Under the pieces are notes generated by a model, which was given only the letters and a program-made list of their open reading frames with translations, ran no database searches and was not told the DNA's origin. Below, piece after piece: positions 26,969-43,329 of a DNA stretch of 64,000 bases. The stretch is from Eledone cirrhosa (lineage: Eukaryota), in contig OZ024745.1 in assembly GCA_964016885.1 (NCBI GenBank), forward strand, positions 116,002,001-116,066,000, in the 5' to 3' direction. The first letter of the stretch is position 1, and each line of letters starts with the position of its first letter. A program made the position numbers and the translations under genes.

Positions 26969-27417
26969 TCTAGGGCGGGTAAAATTCCTGACATCCATGG
27001 ACGAGTTCTCTCCAGCGATCTCTGTCCCTCATCATTGCCACCATGTCGTGCGTCTCCCAGATACCAGTGCCTGTCCTTAGAGCATCAACATATGTCAACC
27101 TCGGCCTCCTTTTTCTAGTGTCTCAATGTAGGGGCTCTCGCAGGAGCACTGCGTGCAGTGTCAACTGTGGATGTCGGTGAGCAAGTTCAGCTGACATTAG
27201 TCTCCTCTGTGCTACTTTAGTGCTGAATTTTCGGAGGTTCCCGTACAGCTCTGATTTCTTCACACTCAGTGTATATTGATTAATGTTCACAGCCATCCTC
27301 GTGTAGCACCCAGCCTCGTGTAGCACCCATCCAACATCTGATTGAGTTTCTTGGTCAGCGTCCAAGTCTCAGACATGTACAGCAGTACAGACTCCACTGT
27401 AGCGATGAACAGACGGA

Positions 27418-27418
<1 letters not shown>
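26969..27418 (-). mobile_element. RTE-type LINE 3' fragment
   Basis: GCYTRM...SELYGNL...QRRL; homologous to 36318-36720; (TA)n on both flanks. Confidence 0.8.
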
Positions 27419-27456
<38 letters not shown>

Positions 27457-27460
27457 CTAA

Positions 27461-27580
<120 letters not shown>

Positions 27581-27713
27581 ATATGTATATATATATACAT
27601 ATTTATATAAATTTATATATAAATATATATATAAATTTATATATGAATATATATAAATATATATATATATATATGTATATATAAGATCAAAAGATGGTTA
27701 AAGGAGTTCCATA

Positions 27714-27784
27714 TATTTTATTATGCGCATTTCAAAAACAAATATCATCATGCAATAATATTTGTGTTTTCATCAGATAAAATA
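27714..27784 (-). ncRNA. Hammerhead motif (family A)
   Basis: CTGATGA...GAAA-TGCGCA-TA with 8-bp stem I. Confidence 0.8.
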
Positions 27785-27881
27785 GGAGAACATGATATGA
27801 AGGCTAAAAAACACTTGTGGACAGTGCAGTTTTAAATCAACATATCCACAAGTGTTTTTTAGCCTTCATATCATGTTCTCC

Positions 27882-27952
27882 TATTTTATCTGATGAAAAC
27901 ACAAATATTATTGCTTGATGATGTTTGTTTTTGAAATGCGCATAATAAAATA
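27882..27952 (+). ncRNA. Hammerhead motif (family A)
   Basis: CTGATGA 27890-96, GAAA-TGCGCA-TA-ataaaata. Confidence 0.8.
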
Positions 27953-28095
27953 TATGGAACTCCTTTAACCATCTTTTGATCTTATATTATGCATACTCCA
28001 GTCCCACAAACTGTAGAGTGCTTCTTATCCGATATCTGCATTGCTTTATTGTACTACAATAAAACTCACCTCCTACATATATATGTATATATATA

Positions 28096-28138
<43 letters not shown>

Positions 28139-28169
28139 TTATAAATATATATCTATATATCTATATATT

Positions 28170-28243
<74 letters not shown>

Positions 28244-28257
28244 CGTGTGGGTGTATG

Positions 28258-28589
<332 letters not shown>

Positions 28590-29519
28590 TAAGTTAAAAA
28601 TGTACATCCACATATGTATACTGAAATACTAGTATGCATATGAATACACACACGTATACATATGTAGATGTACCAAGTTTTTCACTGGTCACTTTACTGT
28701 GAGTGTCCAGCTATTCTGTATGTAAACACAGACAAACCGGTTTTTAGAGTCATACTGGTTTTTGAGGAAACACCTTTCCTCTATTCTCCAGAAAGCCAGA
28801 CAGCGTCAGTCATACAAAAGTGAGTTACAAACGAAACGAAATTTAATCTCGTTTCGTTATTTGTTTATATATATATATATATATATATATACATACATAC
28901 ATACATACACACACACACATATATGTACTTACACACACAACACCTATATATACATACATATATACATATTATTTATACATATATATAATCAGTTCAGAAC
29001 AGTGGCATTATGCTGATACTCAAGTTTCCTTGAGTTTTACACCAACTCATTCCGCGTGCTATATTATAATCCAGTTACGACTGGAAGTGACTCTATTACA
29101 ATATGGCAGACTGCACAAATTGGTGTCAAACCCAACTAAACTTGTGTATCTGCATAATCCAACTGTTGTAAACGTATTATACATAACTCTAAACACTTGG
29201 ATATTTTCTACTAGAAAACATTACATAGTCTCAATTTCCCAAACAGAATCAATACTCATCAATATAATATACTAGAAATATATCGTTTTCAACGAATAAA
29301 TTTACATGCATGAAATTAAAAGAAAAAAGAGTTACCGTATACCGCTCCAGCGAGGCAGACGATGAGTAAAGCACTAAGTAAAGAGAGTCCTGATAAAATT
29401 GTCTTTGACTCCATGTGACGGCAGAAAACTGAAGTAGAAAAAGTAAAGGAAATGTTAAACAGTAACATAATCGTGATTAATCCATCTATACCCTTCCACT
29501 CTCGCTCTCCTTCTCCGTC

Positions 29520-30621
<1,102 letters not shown>

Positions 30622-30752
30622 AAGGTTAAACAAGGTTCAATGAATAAATCAAAGAATGAGTTTTACCATAGATTGGAAGCACTCAATAGAAATGATTTTA
30701 CCATGACTGAATCTTAACCATCTACTATGTCAAGGTATGTCATGCATCATCT

Positions 30753-30819
30753 TATTTTATCTGATGAGGACGTACTGTTGAAGTTAGCTCAGTACCTCTG
30801 AAATATGTATAATAAAATA
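30753..30819 (+). ncRNA. Hammerhead motif in a PLE-type terminal fragment (about 30618-30865)
   Basis: tattttat-CTGATGA(30761-67)-stem II gtactg/cagtac-GAAA(30800-03)-TATGTA-TA-ataaaata. Confidence 0.72.
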
Positions 30820-30883
30820 TACTTGATCACACGAATGTCTATTTTTGTTAATATTTTGAATTAATATATATATATATATATAT

Positions 30884-31071
30884 ATATATCATAAATCATG
30901 TCTTTAGAATTATTAGATAAAACTTTCGGTTATTTATCGAAGATTTCTTCATAAGAGCCTTTCTTCTTATAGCTTGGTCTAATTGATTTTTTATATGGTT
31001 AATTATGCTAATTGGAAGAAGAAACGGTATATATTTTATCTAATAATTCTAAAGACATGATTTATGATATA
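30884..31071. mobile_element. Fold-back with about 39-bp inverted arms enclosing a degenerate HHR-like motif
   Basis: atatcataaatcatgtctttagaattattagataaaa and its reverse complement; inside: TCGAAGA-ttcttc/gaagaa-GAAA-cgg-TA. Confidence 0.5.
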
Positions 31072-31419
31072 TTGCTCTGATTATTTAATTTATTAATTCT
31101 TCATAGAGCTTAAAAGTAATCCCTTCAGATAAGTCTACTGTTTAACAACATTACTATTTCACGTGATGTGTGATTTAGCTTACGTTTTACTGGTTTCCGG
31201 CGTTGCTAGCTAATCGGACAAAGCAATCTCTGCACTTATATCATCAATGTTAGATCATCCAGTGCTCGATACCTTTTGACGTGACGAGAGGCAAGGCAGC
31301 GTACTGCTTTACATCGGTACAAATTCAAAGATACTTATACGTACATAGCTGCCACAAACACACACGTTTGTGTATATAAACACACACAAACACACACAAA
31401 CTCACACGCACACACACAC

Positions 31420-31508
<89 letters not shown>

Positions 31509-31598
31509 GTATATATATAATATATAGGTCCAAGTTTGTTATATTATTAATATATACAATATATTAATAAATGGAAACTATATTTATAAAACCATAAT

Positions 31599-31664
31599 TA
31601 TTTTATTATATATATTTCAAGGGCAACCGAGGCAAATTATGGTGCGCTTTCATCAGATAAAATA
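31599..31664 (-). ncRNA. Hammerhead motif (family D)
   Basis: tattttat-CTGATGA-aagcgcacc/ggttgccctt-GAAA-TATATA-TA-ataaaata. Confidence 0.75.
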
Positions 31665-31744
31665 CTGATTTGTTTAATAAATAAATATTGACATAACCGG
31701 AAAAAAGACAACCTTAACGGTTGAAGTTCCCTGGAACAAATCTG

Positions 31745-31810
31745 TTTTTTATGTGATGAAAGCGCACCATAATTTGCCTTGGTTGCTCTTGAAATATATA
31801 TAATAAAATA
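31745..31810 (+). ncRNA. Degenerate hammerhead motif (family D)
   Basis: Mirror copy with GTGATGA core. Confidence 0.5.
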
Positions 31811-32569
31811 ATTATGGTTTTATAAATATAGTTTCCATTTATTAATATATTGAATATTTAATCTACTAAACTGTTGAGTGCTTTATCTAAGTTATAAAAT
31901 GTTTAAGCTTGTTGAATCCCAACAAATTAAATATAACCTCTGTATATATATATATATATGAATATGTCATTTATTTTGTCTTACCTCTTTAGCTTGACTT
32001 GTATTTTGGCTTAGGTGGTTTATGGCTTATGGACCGCCTTCTCAGTTTGTATGGCCTTATAACGTATGTTTATTGCTCTGGTCTTTGGAGCGCTTGCCAG
32101 CATGACACGGAATTTGCGTTACGTTTCTCTTTTTCTACTCGCCGAAATGAGATTCTCGCTGAATTTATATTTGTATTAATCTCCCGAGTCTTACAATTAA
32201 CCGGTTAATAATTCTATGACAGATTAATTACAAAAGTTCATTTTAAAAAAATATCCGGTCAAGAGCTTATTCGATTTGTGCTATTTATGCAATTTTTTTT
32301 TGCATGGATTTACACATACTGAATTAATTTGCCAAAATCTGAGGTTTTCCCCTGTGAGTTACGCATGTACTTTTACAAAACACAATGTCATCCACAACAC
32401 TGGCGCAGAACAAAATACCTGTTGATAATATGATGTTCCTCGTTCGATCTTTATACCAAAAGTTTATTGTTTTAAGCAGACAGTATTATTGATATAGGTG
32501 TCACAGAAACCCTGTACTGGATTTTACCATGAATTCCAAAGGTCCAGGTTTGTTATATATATATATATT

Positions 32570-33274
<705 letters not shown>

Positions 33275-33275
33275 A

Positions 33276-33336
<61 letters not shown>

Positions 33337-34169
33337 TTGGTGCTCTGAAATAGCGATGTATACATGAATGTATATATAGTATATTTGGCAATATACTTTA
33401 TGCTTAATTAAAAGCATTTTGAAGACCTTGCGATATTATTTTAAAGTAGTGACTATGTCACTTACTTCTTTTGTCAACAAACAAAGGGAGATAAGCTGAC
33501 AGATCTGTTTCATACTGTTGGTAATCATCAGAGCTTAGCACTCGCTTTGTTTGTTGAAAATTATAAATGTTGGATTCTTATAGAATTCCAGTAATAATCA
33601 GGAGCTGATTATACAGAGCGATTGCCGGTCCAGCAAAAACCGGCAATCCCTCTGTATAATCAGTAATAATAATTTATATGTAGTAATAATAATAAATGTG
33701 AAGATTAAAATCCGATAAGGATAATATATATATACGAAATAGTGATAAGACAGGGGTACATTTACATAATTGTTGTATTGCATAAGATGTATTACAATGA
33801 CATGACGGTATGTAATATTGCAGAGATTACATAATTAATAGGCCTCATGTGACATCATCAGATGCTCAGCCAATTAGGTGATGTAGTTATGCTGGTATCC
33901 TAGTGAACACCTATGGAAGATATATATAGTACCTTACCAGTGATATATCAACATACCATCATACCTATTTCACGTAATTCTATGAGCATTCGATGATATG
34001 AAATTAGGCCTATTAATGGTCTAACCATTGCTTTATTACGGTAATGTCATTGCAATAAATGGAAACTCCACCACTACAATGCTTGAGATGGAGAGCTTTT
34101 TGACACCCTAAACTCGATTATCTTCGCGATAAACCCCTGATTATCTGCCGTATATATATGTATATATAT

Positions 34170-34340
34170 AAGAAAGTAAGGTTTTTTAAATTGCCTCACA
34201 TGTGTAAAAATATAAGGAAAAGAAATTGAAAATGCAACTGGCGTCTTTTTAGAATATTTATTTACTCTACCGGTTTCACAGTTCTTAGGATTTTCAAAAG
34301 TAAAAGTGAGATGGGTTTGGGTTTTTGTAGGGGTTTGTCA
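34170..34340 (-). mobile_element. PLE-type terminal fragment, family E
   Basis: ctctaccggtttc (GAAA-CCGG-TA on minus); homologous to 28312-28490. Confidence 0.5.
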
Positions 34341-35093
34341 TATATAAACAGGTCTATACCCATTCTATTTTACAAATATATAAGTATCAATTCGCAAACA
34401 GCCTTATGGATTCAGCCTTGGTTTATTTTGTTTACGGAACATAATATAATAGTCAAGATTGCATTAATGTTATTGGGGTAGTGATACTAGTTACATTGAT
34501 CAAGACCTAGCAGTTGCAAGATAAATCGAATAGTTGCATGGTTAAACACTTAATTGATTTAAGAAACAGCGAAGTGGAATATTTCAAAGGTGTATTGACC
34601 AAATAGCTTTCAATCTCGAAACAATTACTTTCATTGACTTTGTAAATCAATTCCTATTGAAACGGCAATGACCATAAAATGTCGCACATTTCCGATTCTA
34701 TAGAAAATTTATGTAATAAATATATGCTTCTTTGGTTTTAATCTGTCAAGTGGACGGCATATATTCGATCAGCTTGCTCAATGCTCACCTCAGCTCACAC
34801 GTTTCCTTTTTGCAGGAGTGTTTTCCAAGTACGGAAACATTATTTGCCATTTCCAAGGAGAATAATCTGTGTAACGAAAAAATATATTTGTTCCTAGCTT
34901 GCAACATTTCGTACGATGATATAATTATTGGGAGAAATGCACCTTTATAAGTTTAGTAATCACATCCGACTCTGATCAAACCGCAGTTACATCTACTGGG
35001 GAATTAATCACATACATAACCTATCTTATAGTCGACAGTAGAGAAAGGCTCTACTACGCGGGATCTGTATCTACTTATTATTAACTATCAGTA

Positions 35094-35255
35094 GGGCGGT
35101 GGATTGGCAGTATCGGCAGAGCATCGGACACCATGATTCGCGGAATCGAGTTTTGGCCCTTTAAGTTCTGAATTCAAATCCTGTCGAAGTTTGCTGTTCC
35201 TTTCCTCCTTATGGAGTCGATAAAGTAAAGTCACACACTGGAGTCGATTTAATCA
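35094..35255 (+). mobile_element. SINE family 1, diverged
   Basis: ggattggcagtatcgg...aattcaaatcc...gagtcgataaa. Confidence 0.7.
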
Positions 35256-35757
35256 GTTTTCATTCAGATTACACCCAATAATATTCAGAATGTATGAGTA
35301 TTGGATAGCGTTTGCTGCGGATAGCTACTACATTTCGATCGGAGATTAATTGGAACTATACTACACAAAGACTGGAAAATATGATACAAAAAAAATACAA
35401 AAAACGCCGTTGGTAAGCTATAATCTATTATTATCTCCTACATCTTCGATTTGAAAGTTCCGGCCGAACTGCTTCATATATCCTGTGTGATGGGATTCTC
35501 TATTTCACATTCAACCTGTGTTGGTTTATCCAGGCATTCACCTATTTAACACATAATGCTGACATTTACCTTTTACACTCACAGGCGAATTACACTGCTG
35601 CATAACTGTTTAGTGTTAATCGTCTTAGAGCATAAATATCCTCGTCAAATTTGAACTACTATGAACACAGTAGAAAGACCACATATATGAACTTTCAGTA
35701 TATGAGCATAACAACCCGATATGTATCTGTGTATGTATGTGTGTTAATAAATATATA

Positions 35758-35811
<54 letters not shown>

Positions 35812-36317
35812 ATGTATATATATATGTTTATATATCTTAACTATAATAAAGAATATTCTGCGTCCAGAATATATTTCTTTACCCCGTTTGTAAAATAAGT
35901 TGGATTACTTTGAATAAATAATGAATGAATATTACATAATTGATCTGCTAAATTTCGTGGCTTTTGATTAAATATATTTTGTAGCCTAATCTTTAAAATT
36001 CACTTCTTTAAAATGATCAAATGTCAACATTTCCGGTTAGCGGCCGTTATATTATAACATTTATAATTGCATATATTTCCCCGCTAATTTTCTCCTAATA
36101 CAGTTTATATATAATGTGTTCTTTTTTTTAATATATCATGGATTACTGATTACAGAAAACAGTGTAACATAGGCTTTGTTCAATTTCTGTGTAGATTGTC
36201 AATTACGATTTTATTTGATGTATCATATTTACATGCATATATATTTGTGTGTAATATCAATATACACACTACACATGCTAGCAGAAAACCACCCGTAGAG
36301 TGGTTATATATATAGAT

Positions 36318-36720
36318 TCTAGGGCGGGTAAAATTCCCGAGATCCATGGACGAGTTCTCTCCAGCGGTCTCTGTCCCTCATCATCGCTACCGTGTCCTGC
36401 AACTCCAACAGACCAGTGTCTGTCCTTAGGGCATCAACATACGTTAACCTTGGTCTTCCTCTTCCAGTGTGTCCATGTAGGGGCTCCCACAGGAGCACTG
36501 AGTGTGATGTCAACTCTGGATCTCGATGAGCATGTCCAGCTAACCTCAGTCTCCTCTGTGTCACTTTTGAGCTGACTTTTGGGAGGCTCCCGTACAGCTC
36601 TGAGTTTTTCATCCTCAGTGTATACTGATCAATGTTCAGAGCCATCCTCAGCATTCTCGTGTAGCACCCATCCACCATATGAGTGAGTTTCTTGGTCAGT
36701 GTCCAAGTCGCAGACCCGTA
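36318..36720 (-). mobile_element. RTE-type LINE 3' fragment
   Basis: [11 protein letters not shown]...[14 protein letters not shown]...RRLRLAGH...GRGRPRLTY...RDRWR; stop near (TA)n. Confidence 0.85.
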
Positions 36721-36737
36721 CATATATATATATATGC

Positions 36738-36829
<92 letters not shown>

Positions 36830-36919
36830 TTGTATATATATATATTATGTATGTGTGTTTGTATATATATATAATATGTATGTATGTATATATATATATA
36901 CATATAATATATATATATA

Positions 36920-37007
<88 letters not shown>

Positions 37008-37385
37008 TACACAAATATGAAAGTTATATTCAAATCATTTCATTGCTGACAATAGTTTCTTCCAAACTCTCGTTTGGATCCATCGGAGCATTATCAATGT
37101 TTCTACATATAATTAACCTCCTATTCAACTGAACAATCATATAGATACATATATATTGATGTTGTGAACAATAGATTAGTATTTACAGGGTGTAATGGAT
37201 GCGACATATATTATACGAGAATTGTACAAAAATTAAAATTAAAAGCACAGAGTGGAATACATGCAAGAGATAATACAGATAGTTCTAGAATCAGACAGAT
37301 CCATACAATGATCGTGTCTGGAGCTATCTGCCGGCGAAAAAATTATAACACACAATAAATTGAGTGCAGCACTGATTTTTCGTTT

Positions 37386-37423
<38 letters not shown>

Positions 37424-37427
<4 letters not shown>

Positions 37428-37600
37428 GATATTAAACAAATGGAAACTATATTTATAAAACTATATTTATAAACCATATATTTATAAATATAGTTTCCAT
37501 TTGTTTAATATCGTAAACCTACTCCAAAAACTGTTGAGTGCTTTTATATCAGTTATAAAATATTTACTCGTTGTAACCCAACAATTTTAAATAAAACTTT

Positions 37601-37605
<5 letters not shown>
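37424..37605 (+). mobile_element. Family D terminal fold-back without the HHR
   Basis: acgatattaaacaaatggaaactatattt and its reverse complement; tail aaactgttgagtgcttt as at 31870. Confidence 0.6.
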
Positions 37606-37632
<27 letters not shown>

Positions 37633-37637
<5 letters not shown>

Positions 37638-37780
37638 TGAGAGAAAAACCACAAACCCTCCATCTCAATTCTAATTTTAAAAAGCAGAAGAACTACGAAA
37701 CCGGTAAAGGAACCAAATAAATATATATTTAAATAAAATAAGACTCCAGTTGCATTTTTGATTTCATCTTTTTTCCTTAT
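37633..37780 (+). mobile_element. PLE-type terminal fragment, family E
   Basis: GAAA-CCGG-TA-aagg; agactccagttgcatttt shared with the other copies. Confidence 0.5.
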
Positions 37781-37792
37781 ATATATATATTA

Positions 37793-37862
37793 TAGTAAAA
37801 GGTATGACCCCGACGGCAGGGCTCAAGCCGTTTCGACGGCTATTTCTGGGCTATTTCGATTC
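37793..37862 (-). mobile_element. Family C fragment
   Basis: gaccccgacggcagggctcaagccgtttcgacggctatttc. Confidence 0.6.
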
Positions 37863-38339
37863 TACGAAGCAGATTTTCCGGAAACGTATCCGAGTTCCAC
37901 GCGATTTCAGAGTCAGGTTTGATCACCACATCGATCGTGCCTCGAGCTGGTCGCCCGAGAAATAATTGTGATATGTCCAATGAATTCCTTTCGTTGTAAC
38001 ACAGATTCTCTTTTTTCTGTGATAGCATACTCTGCTCTACGAGGGCATCGAGTGCTCATACGGGCTACCACATACAGACGCTTTAAGCATCCATCTCCAA
38101 TTATATATATATGTATGTATATATACGTGCTGTGGCCAGCAGCGCCGATTGGCGCCCGACAGACTGGCCTGTCAAGATCAAGGTGATATATATATATAAT
38201 ATATATATTTTATATTGAAAGAACTTATATATATATATATATACAGCGTAAGTTAAATACACATATGTATAAGTAGCTAGCTTGCTAGCTACTTATAAAT
38301 ATACTTATAAATATAGAAATAAGGAAGGAGAGTGAGGGT

Positions 38340-38431
<92 letters not shown>

Positions 38432-39039
38432 CGCTTTTGAGTGTATATAATTATATATCCTGCTGTGTTTGAAAATACATTTATACTCGGTGATGTAGGA
38501 AATACGAAAGAATTTACTAAATCTTAAATCTTGTGGGAATGAGAATATCTGATTAATTATTCAAATTCCCCACTGTAAATTATTTTGTTCGCATCGACGA
38601 TTTGTTCATGTCAGTGACGCAATGTCTACGTATTAGGTCACATGCCTCCATCTTTAACATGACTGCATCTTTAGCACAAAAGCTAATGTACGTCATGTGT
38701 TCCATGATTAATCGTAAGGTTAATTGGTTAGTTTATTATAACAAAAGAAATTGTCAGTGCAATCTTTGTTGTCTAATTGAAACACTCGTTGAATGACATA
38801 AATTTCTCTATTGCAATGCACATAGGAAGAAGTTCATTAATTAAGCTCCGATATTTTGTGGAGCTTTCAGTAGTAATACTAATAAAAGTAAGGGTTTTAC
38901 AATTCTGTTAAGAGTTACGATGAAATCTAATAAACTATATTATCATTTCTGTTACAGAATTTACATATATTGCTTGTGGTCACAAGTATGAAAATACACT
39001 CTTGACTGATGCAATGTGTCCGAACAGGAAAAAGCTGAA

Positions 39040-39700
39040 CTCCCACCGTCATCGCCCCCATCTGTCTCGCCCTCCCGATCTCTTTGTATTGTGAGCAAAT
39101 GGGGTCGCACGTGTTGGTCACGCCACGGACCCGCCGGACAGAATGGAGAAGGCGTTTCCCCGGAGGATGGTAAGGGAGATGCGGTGGAAGAGCAGTTCCA
39201 TCTCGCGAGGCTCACTCCTGCGGTTGGCCAGCTCAGTGCCTACGGTGGTGAGTAGGGAGCTAGTCCTAGGGCCATGGACTCCAGAAGTCTCCACTGACAA
39301 GGGCACGACCTCAAACCTGTCGGAGAGTGACCGGTACTTGGAGAGTTTGGGCTCCTCAGCCCGAAGTGCAGTAGAACCTGGGTTAGTTGCAGACTGCACA
39401 ACGTTGTGTTTGGAGAAAGTGTCGCTGCAAGTGGCATCCCAAACGATGGGTTTGCCACCGCGGAACGGGCATATAGTCATAATGTCTGGCCTTTTGACGT
39501 CCCATCGGTCCAGCCTCACCGGCTCGAGCTGGGTGGAGGGGGGGGGGAGCTGCAGGATCCAAGCCATGCTTTGTGACCTCGTTGAATGCAGCGTGGCGTG
39601 GAAGGTGGCCGGCACTATAGCTACAGGAAAGCTGATGGATTCCGAAACAGTCCACGGTGGATCCGCAGCGACATTTGTGTGGATCGCAGACCCGGAGGCC
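39040..39700 (-). mobile_element. CRE-like non-LTR retrotransposon 3' fragment (zinc-knuckle-like motif plus restriction-like endonuclease)
   Basis: DCFGIHQLSC...RH (frameshifted), LEP...KRPD...VWDATC.DT...AE..KLSKY...PLSVETSG..G...RISLTILRGNA. Confidence 0.8.
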
Positions 39701-40574
39701 AAGCCTCGGGGAAACGCCGATGCGCAGGTTTTAAACGGAGCTTTTCTACTCATTGTAAAATATATATCTTTATTTTATAACCTATAAATAAACGAAATGA
39801 AGCTTACAAGCATTATAAGCTGATTTCTTGTTTCGGGAGATCATGAATTCCTAGGGAGTAGAAGGTATAATTGAAACTGATTGTCGTTCGTGTCTTTCTA
39901 AATACCTTCTTATTATGTGTCGTAGCTACAATGTACTGAACGTTAGTATGAATATGAACCCTTTTTCATAACATTTCTCAACGTAACAGATTTAGTGGCA
40001 AAGATCATAACCGGTTTGTGAAACTAACACGATTGAAATAGTCAACATGGAAGTGGGCGGCTGAGGTGTAAGTAAAACGATTGCTATTTTATAAACATAG
40101 ACAAATATAACTAAAGAGAGCTGGTCTGAGACTGGCAAGAGACTTAGGCCTACTTAACGTCGAAAGCAATTGATATATTTTGAAAGTTTTACTATACCAA
40201 GGTAATCTGATGTGTTCTGTGATTATGATGGTTGATCATATCGATTAAACATTATATGGATAAATAAATGTGAACATTACTAAACGGTCTTTTACCGGCA
40301 AGGGAAAATTGTGCAACATACAAATAATTGAGCACAAATAAGTTTCCAAAACAAACCACCTGTAAGAAACTCCAATATGTTGAGATATTTAAGGCATACT
40401 TAAAAGTTCCAGTTAATCATTTGATGAAACAAATGTACCAAATATAAAAATAAAAAAATTGTTTTTCTTTGATATACTTTCTGTGCAGATGGTGGTGATG
40501 ATGATTATTATAACTATTGAGATGATTTCCATTTTAAACATTCAGTTACTACATCAAAACAAAACACGTATTCA

Positions 40575-40830
40575 TTTACGTGCCAGGGTTTTACACAGTC
40601 ATGTCACTCCTTAACGTAATTTTCTATGTGAAACAGCTTTTAACAATAAGTAACAAACTGGATCTTGGAATTAAAAGTGCAATCTATCCGAGGGACTTCC
40701 ATGTAGTTCCCTTTTACCTAATTCTATACATTAGGTTTGGATCAGTCTGATGCTATGTAGACACTTGCCCAAAATACTGGAAGTGGTAATGAGAGCTAGA
40801 ATATCACATATGTTCCTAACGAAAAGCATT
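40575..40830 (-). mobile_element. Degenerate CORE-type SINE
   Basis: Minus-strand ttgggcaagtgtct CORE-like motif. Confidence 0.4.
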
Positions 40831-40920
40831 TCCAATTACCGAAAGGAAAGAGAAAGTGTCGTTTATGATTGTAACCAAACGGCAAACAATGAGTGCATAT
40901 TTTTCACATATTATCTATTA

Positions 40921-41112
40921 GGGTGGTGGATTGGCAGTATCGGTAGAGGGTCGGACGCCATGCTTTCCAGCATAGTTACGTCCCTTTATGATCTGAGTTC
41001 AAATCCCGCCGAGGTTGACTTTGCCTTTCATCCTTACGGGGTCGATAAAATAAAGTACCAGTAATGCACTGGGTAATTTGCTGGCCTTATGCCTAAAGTA
41101 GAAACAATTATC
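40921..41112 (+). mobile_element. SINE family 1, full length
   Basis: A box, B box, central domain and tail all present. Confidence 0.92.
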
Positions 41113-41506
41113 TATTCAGATAAACTATTAAATGTCATTTAAAAAGTAAATCGACTTTTAATATATATATGGTGAATGAAATCTCCAGCTAAGCATATAT
41201 ATATATATATGAAATCTCCAGCTAAGCATATATATATATTAAGCTGTTCATCTCCAGGCAAAATCTCAAGCAGAATTTGGTACATAAACACCTTTTCATA
41301 AACTATCAATATGTCCGCTGAATTTAATGAATTATTAATTTTAACTATTTGATGCATCAGAAAAGACTAGATTTATACACAAAACATTTGTTCTCGTCAC
41401 CGTCATCATCCTCGTTCTTGTTGTTGTTGTTCTTCTTCTCCTCTTCCTCCTCATCATCATCATCCTCCTCCCCCTTCTTCTTGTTTGTATTATTATTGCC
41501 TTTTAA

Positions 41507-41644
41507 GCATAGAGTTACGGCCCTTTACGTTCTGAGGTTAGCTATGCCTTTCATCCTTACAGGGTCGATAAAATAAAGTACCAGTAACGCACTGGGTTGA
41601 TTTTCCTTTCGTGCCTGAATCAGAAATTATTATTATTATTATTC
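41507..41644 (+). mobile_element. SINE family 1, partial, with (ATT)n tail
   Basis: gcctttcatccttacagggtcgataaaataaagtaccag. Confidence 0.8.
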
Positions 41645-42040
41645 TTTGAGTCTCAGTCATTGACGTTATTTAACTGGAAAGTTTGTTGAAATGAATATCA
41701 AGCCGCTACATGCAGCCTCAGACATTCAGGACGTATCGGAGTGTTCTTGCTGTTCCCAGAAAGCATGCTTTTGAAGTGTTCCAAAACGCGGGGCTGGACT
41801 AATCTTCTTTAACCATCCTTAGAAACTCTTTGAGATAGTACCTAGTGCGCCTATGACAATCGGGACGATCTTTATTTCATGGCAGTTCCAAATCCTTTTT
41901 AGCTCCCGCCTTAAATCCTGGAATCGGTTAATTTTCTCCCTCTCCTTTTCTTGCACTCTCGTGTCAAATGCGCAGGGTACATCTACAATCAGGTACGATC
42001 ATTTTTCCTTGTCCAAAACCACCGGGTCAGGCCTCGATCG
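41626..42040 (-). mobile_element. R4/Dong-like non-LTR 3' fragment (REL endonuclease)
   Basis: RPD.VV.DK...VDV.CAFDTRVQEKEREKINRFQDLRRELKRIW...VPIVIGALGTI...LGTARTLRYVL; (TAA)n tail. Confidence 0.8.
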
Positions 42041-42041
42041 A

Positions 42042-42233
42042 TTGGCAGTATCGGTAGAGTCGGACAACATGTTTGAAGCATAGAGTTACATCCCTTTATG
42101 ATCTGAGTTCAAATCCCGCCGAGGTTATCTTTGCCTTTCATCCTTACGGGGTCGATAAAATAAAGTACCAGTAATGTACTGGGTATTTGCTGGCCTTGTG
42201 CCAAAAATAGAAACAATTATTATTATTATTATT
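42042..42233 (+). mobile_element. SINE family 1
   Basis: Matches consensus; (ATT)n tail. Confidence 0.9.
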
Positions 42234-43310
42234 GGCGACCTACGTAGGCAATCGTATTATCGTGAGCTCCGCAAAGGTTTGTTGTTTTCAGTTGTTTCAA
42301 ATTGCCAGTTATGGAAAACTTTTGTTGTTAAGTGTTTATAAGTTCACATATATTATTTTCTGAAAAGGACACAAAACATATTGGGGCCTTGACCCCAAAA
42401 CTTAAACTTTTTATTTATAAAAAAAAATATTTCTTTGAAAAAAAAACATGGACGACAAATTTACTGTTTTTAACAGACCAAAAAACCCCTCCTCCCCACC
42501 ACCAACACCAACACCATTGTCAGCCTTGCTTCGGTTCCCTACACTGAAAATGTAATTAATAGTAGTCCGAATTATTTAGAATGGCCGCATAATGACATGG
42601 ATTTCCCGCCATTACCAATAACTCCAGGTGTTAAAGCCCCCCCCCCTCCACCGCAATGTCAAAAAGAACAACCAACACCACTGATACCACCACCACCACC
42701 ACCACAGCGACAACAGAAACCAAAAAAAAAATTATTATCTCGTGACATCAAAATGGATTCACCCAGAATCGACTCTTCCACGCCGAATACCACTGTCACC
42801 ACCACCTCCACCACAACTGAAACTAAAAATAACAATAACAACAACAGCAACAACAACAACATCAACACCACCGAAAAACAAAATGTGTCTTTGCCAAAGC
42901 AGCCAAGAACAGCGAAACAATCGAGGTAAGCCAGGATGAATTAAATGAAGCAAAGAGAATGGTAAAAAAGATGGGTACAGGGTCAGCCTCATCCCCCACC
43001 TAATAAAATGGACCATCGGCGCCTATGCACGGTGTCTTATCGGACGATAAACACAAAATCACGCCGAGTGGAACGGGCATCCGAGTCCCAAATACAAAAA
43101 GCTTTGGGACATGTGTGGGCAAAAAAATACCCACATCAGACGTGGCAGAAATATGGAACCGTCGACGTGTTCTTTGGAACACCACTGGAAGCCAGAGAGC
43201 ACCTCATGGCCGCATTAAGAAGCGACGACTTCACACTCGTCCCAAGCTATTGTGGTCAGAGACTCATGAAGATCAGGGTGACCCACGTTCCACCTAAACA
43301 GGCACGACAG
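42234..43310 (+). mobile_element. Probable L1/Tx1-like 5' UTR plus disrupted ORF1
   Basis: MDFPPLP, P/T/N-rich linker, then QKYGTVDVFF...FTLVPSYCGQRLMKIRVTHVPP (ORF1-like). Confidence 0.55.
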
Positions 43311-43329
43311 AGCTGCACAATACATGCAT

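Larger units (their letters stand above)
27681..28078. mobile_element. Penelope-like family A fold-back
   Basis: Inverted arms pivot near 27822-27844; long arm ends ctcacctcctac(at)n; in (TA)n. Confidence 0.85.
31550..31942. mobile_element. PLE-type fold-back, family D
   Basis: Inverted arms about 31552-31672 and 31737-31852, plus about 90-nt tail; related to 37424-37605; (TA)n flanks. Confidence 0.75.
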
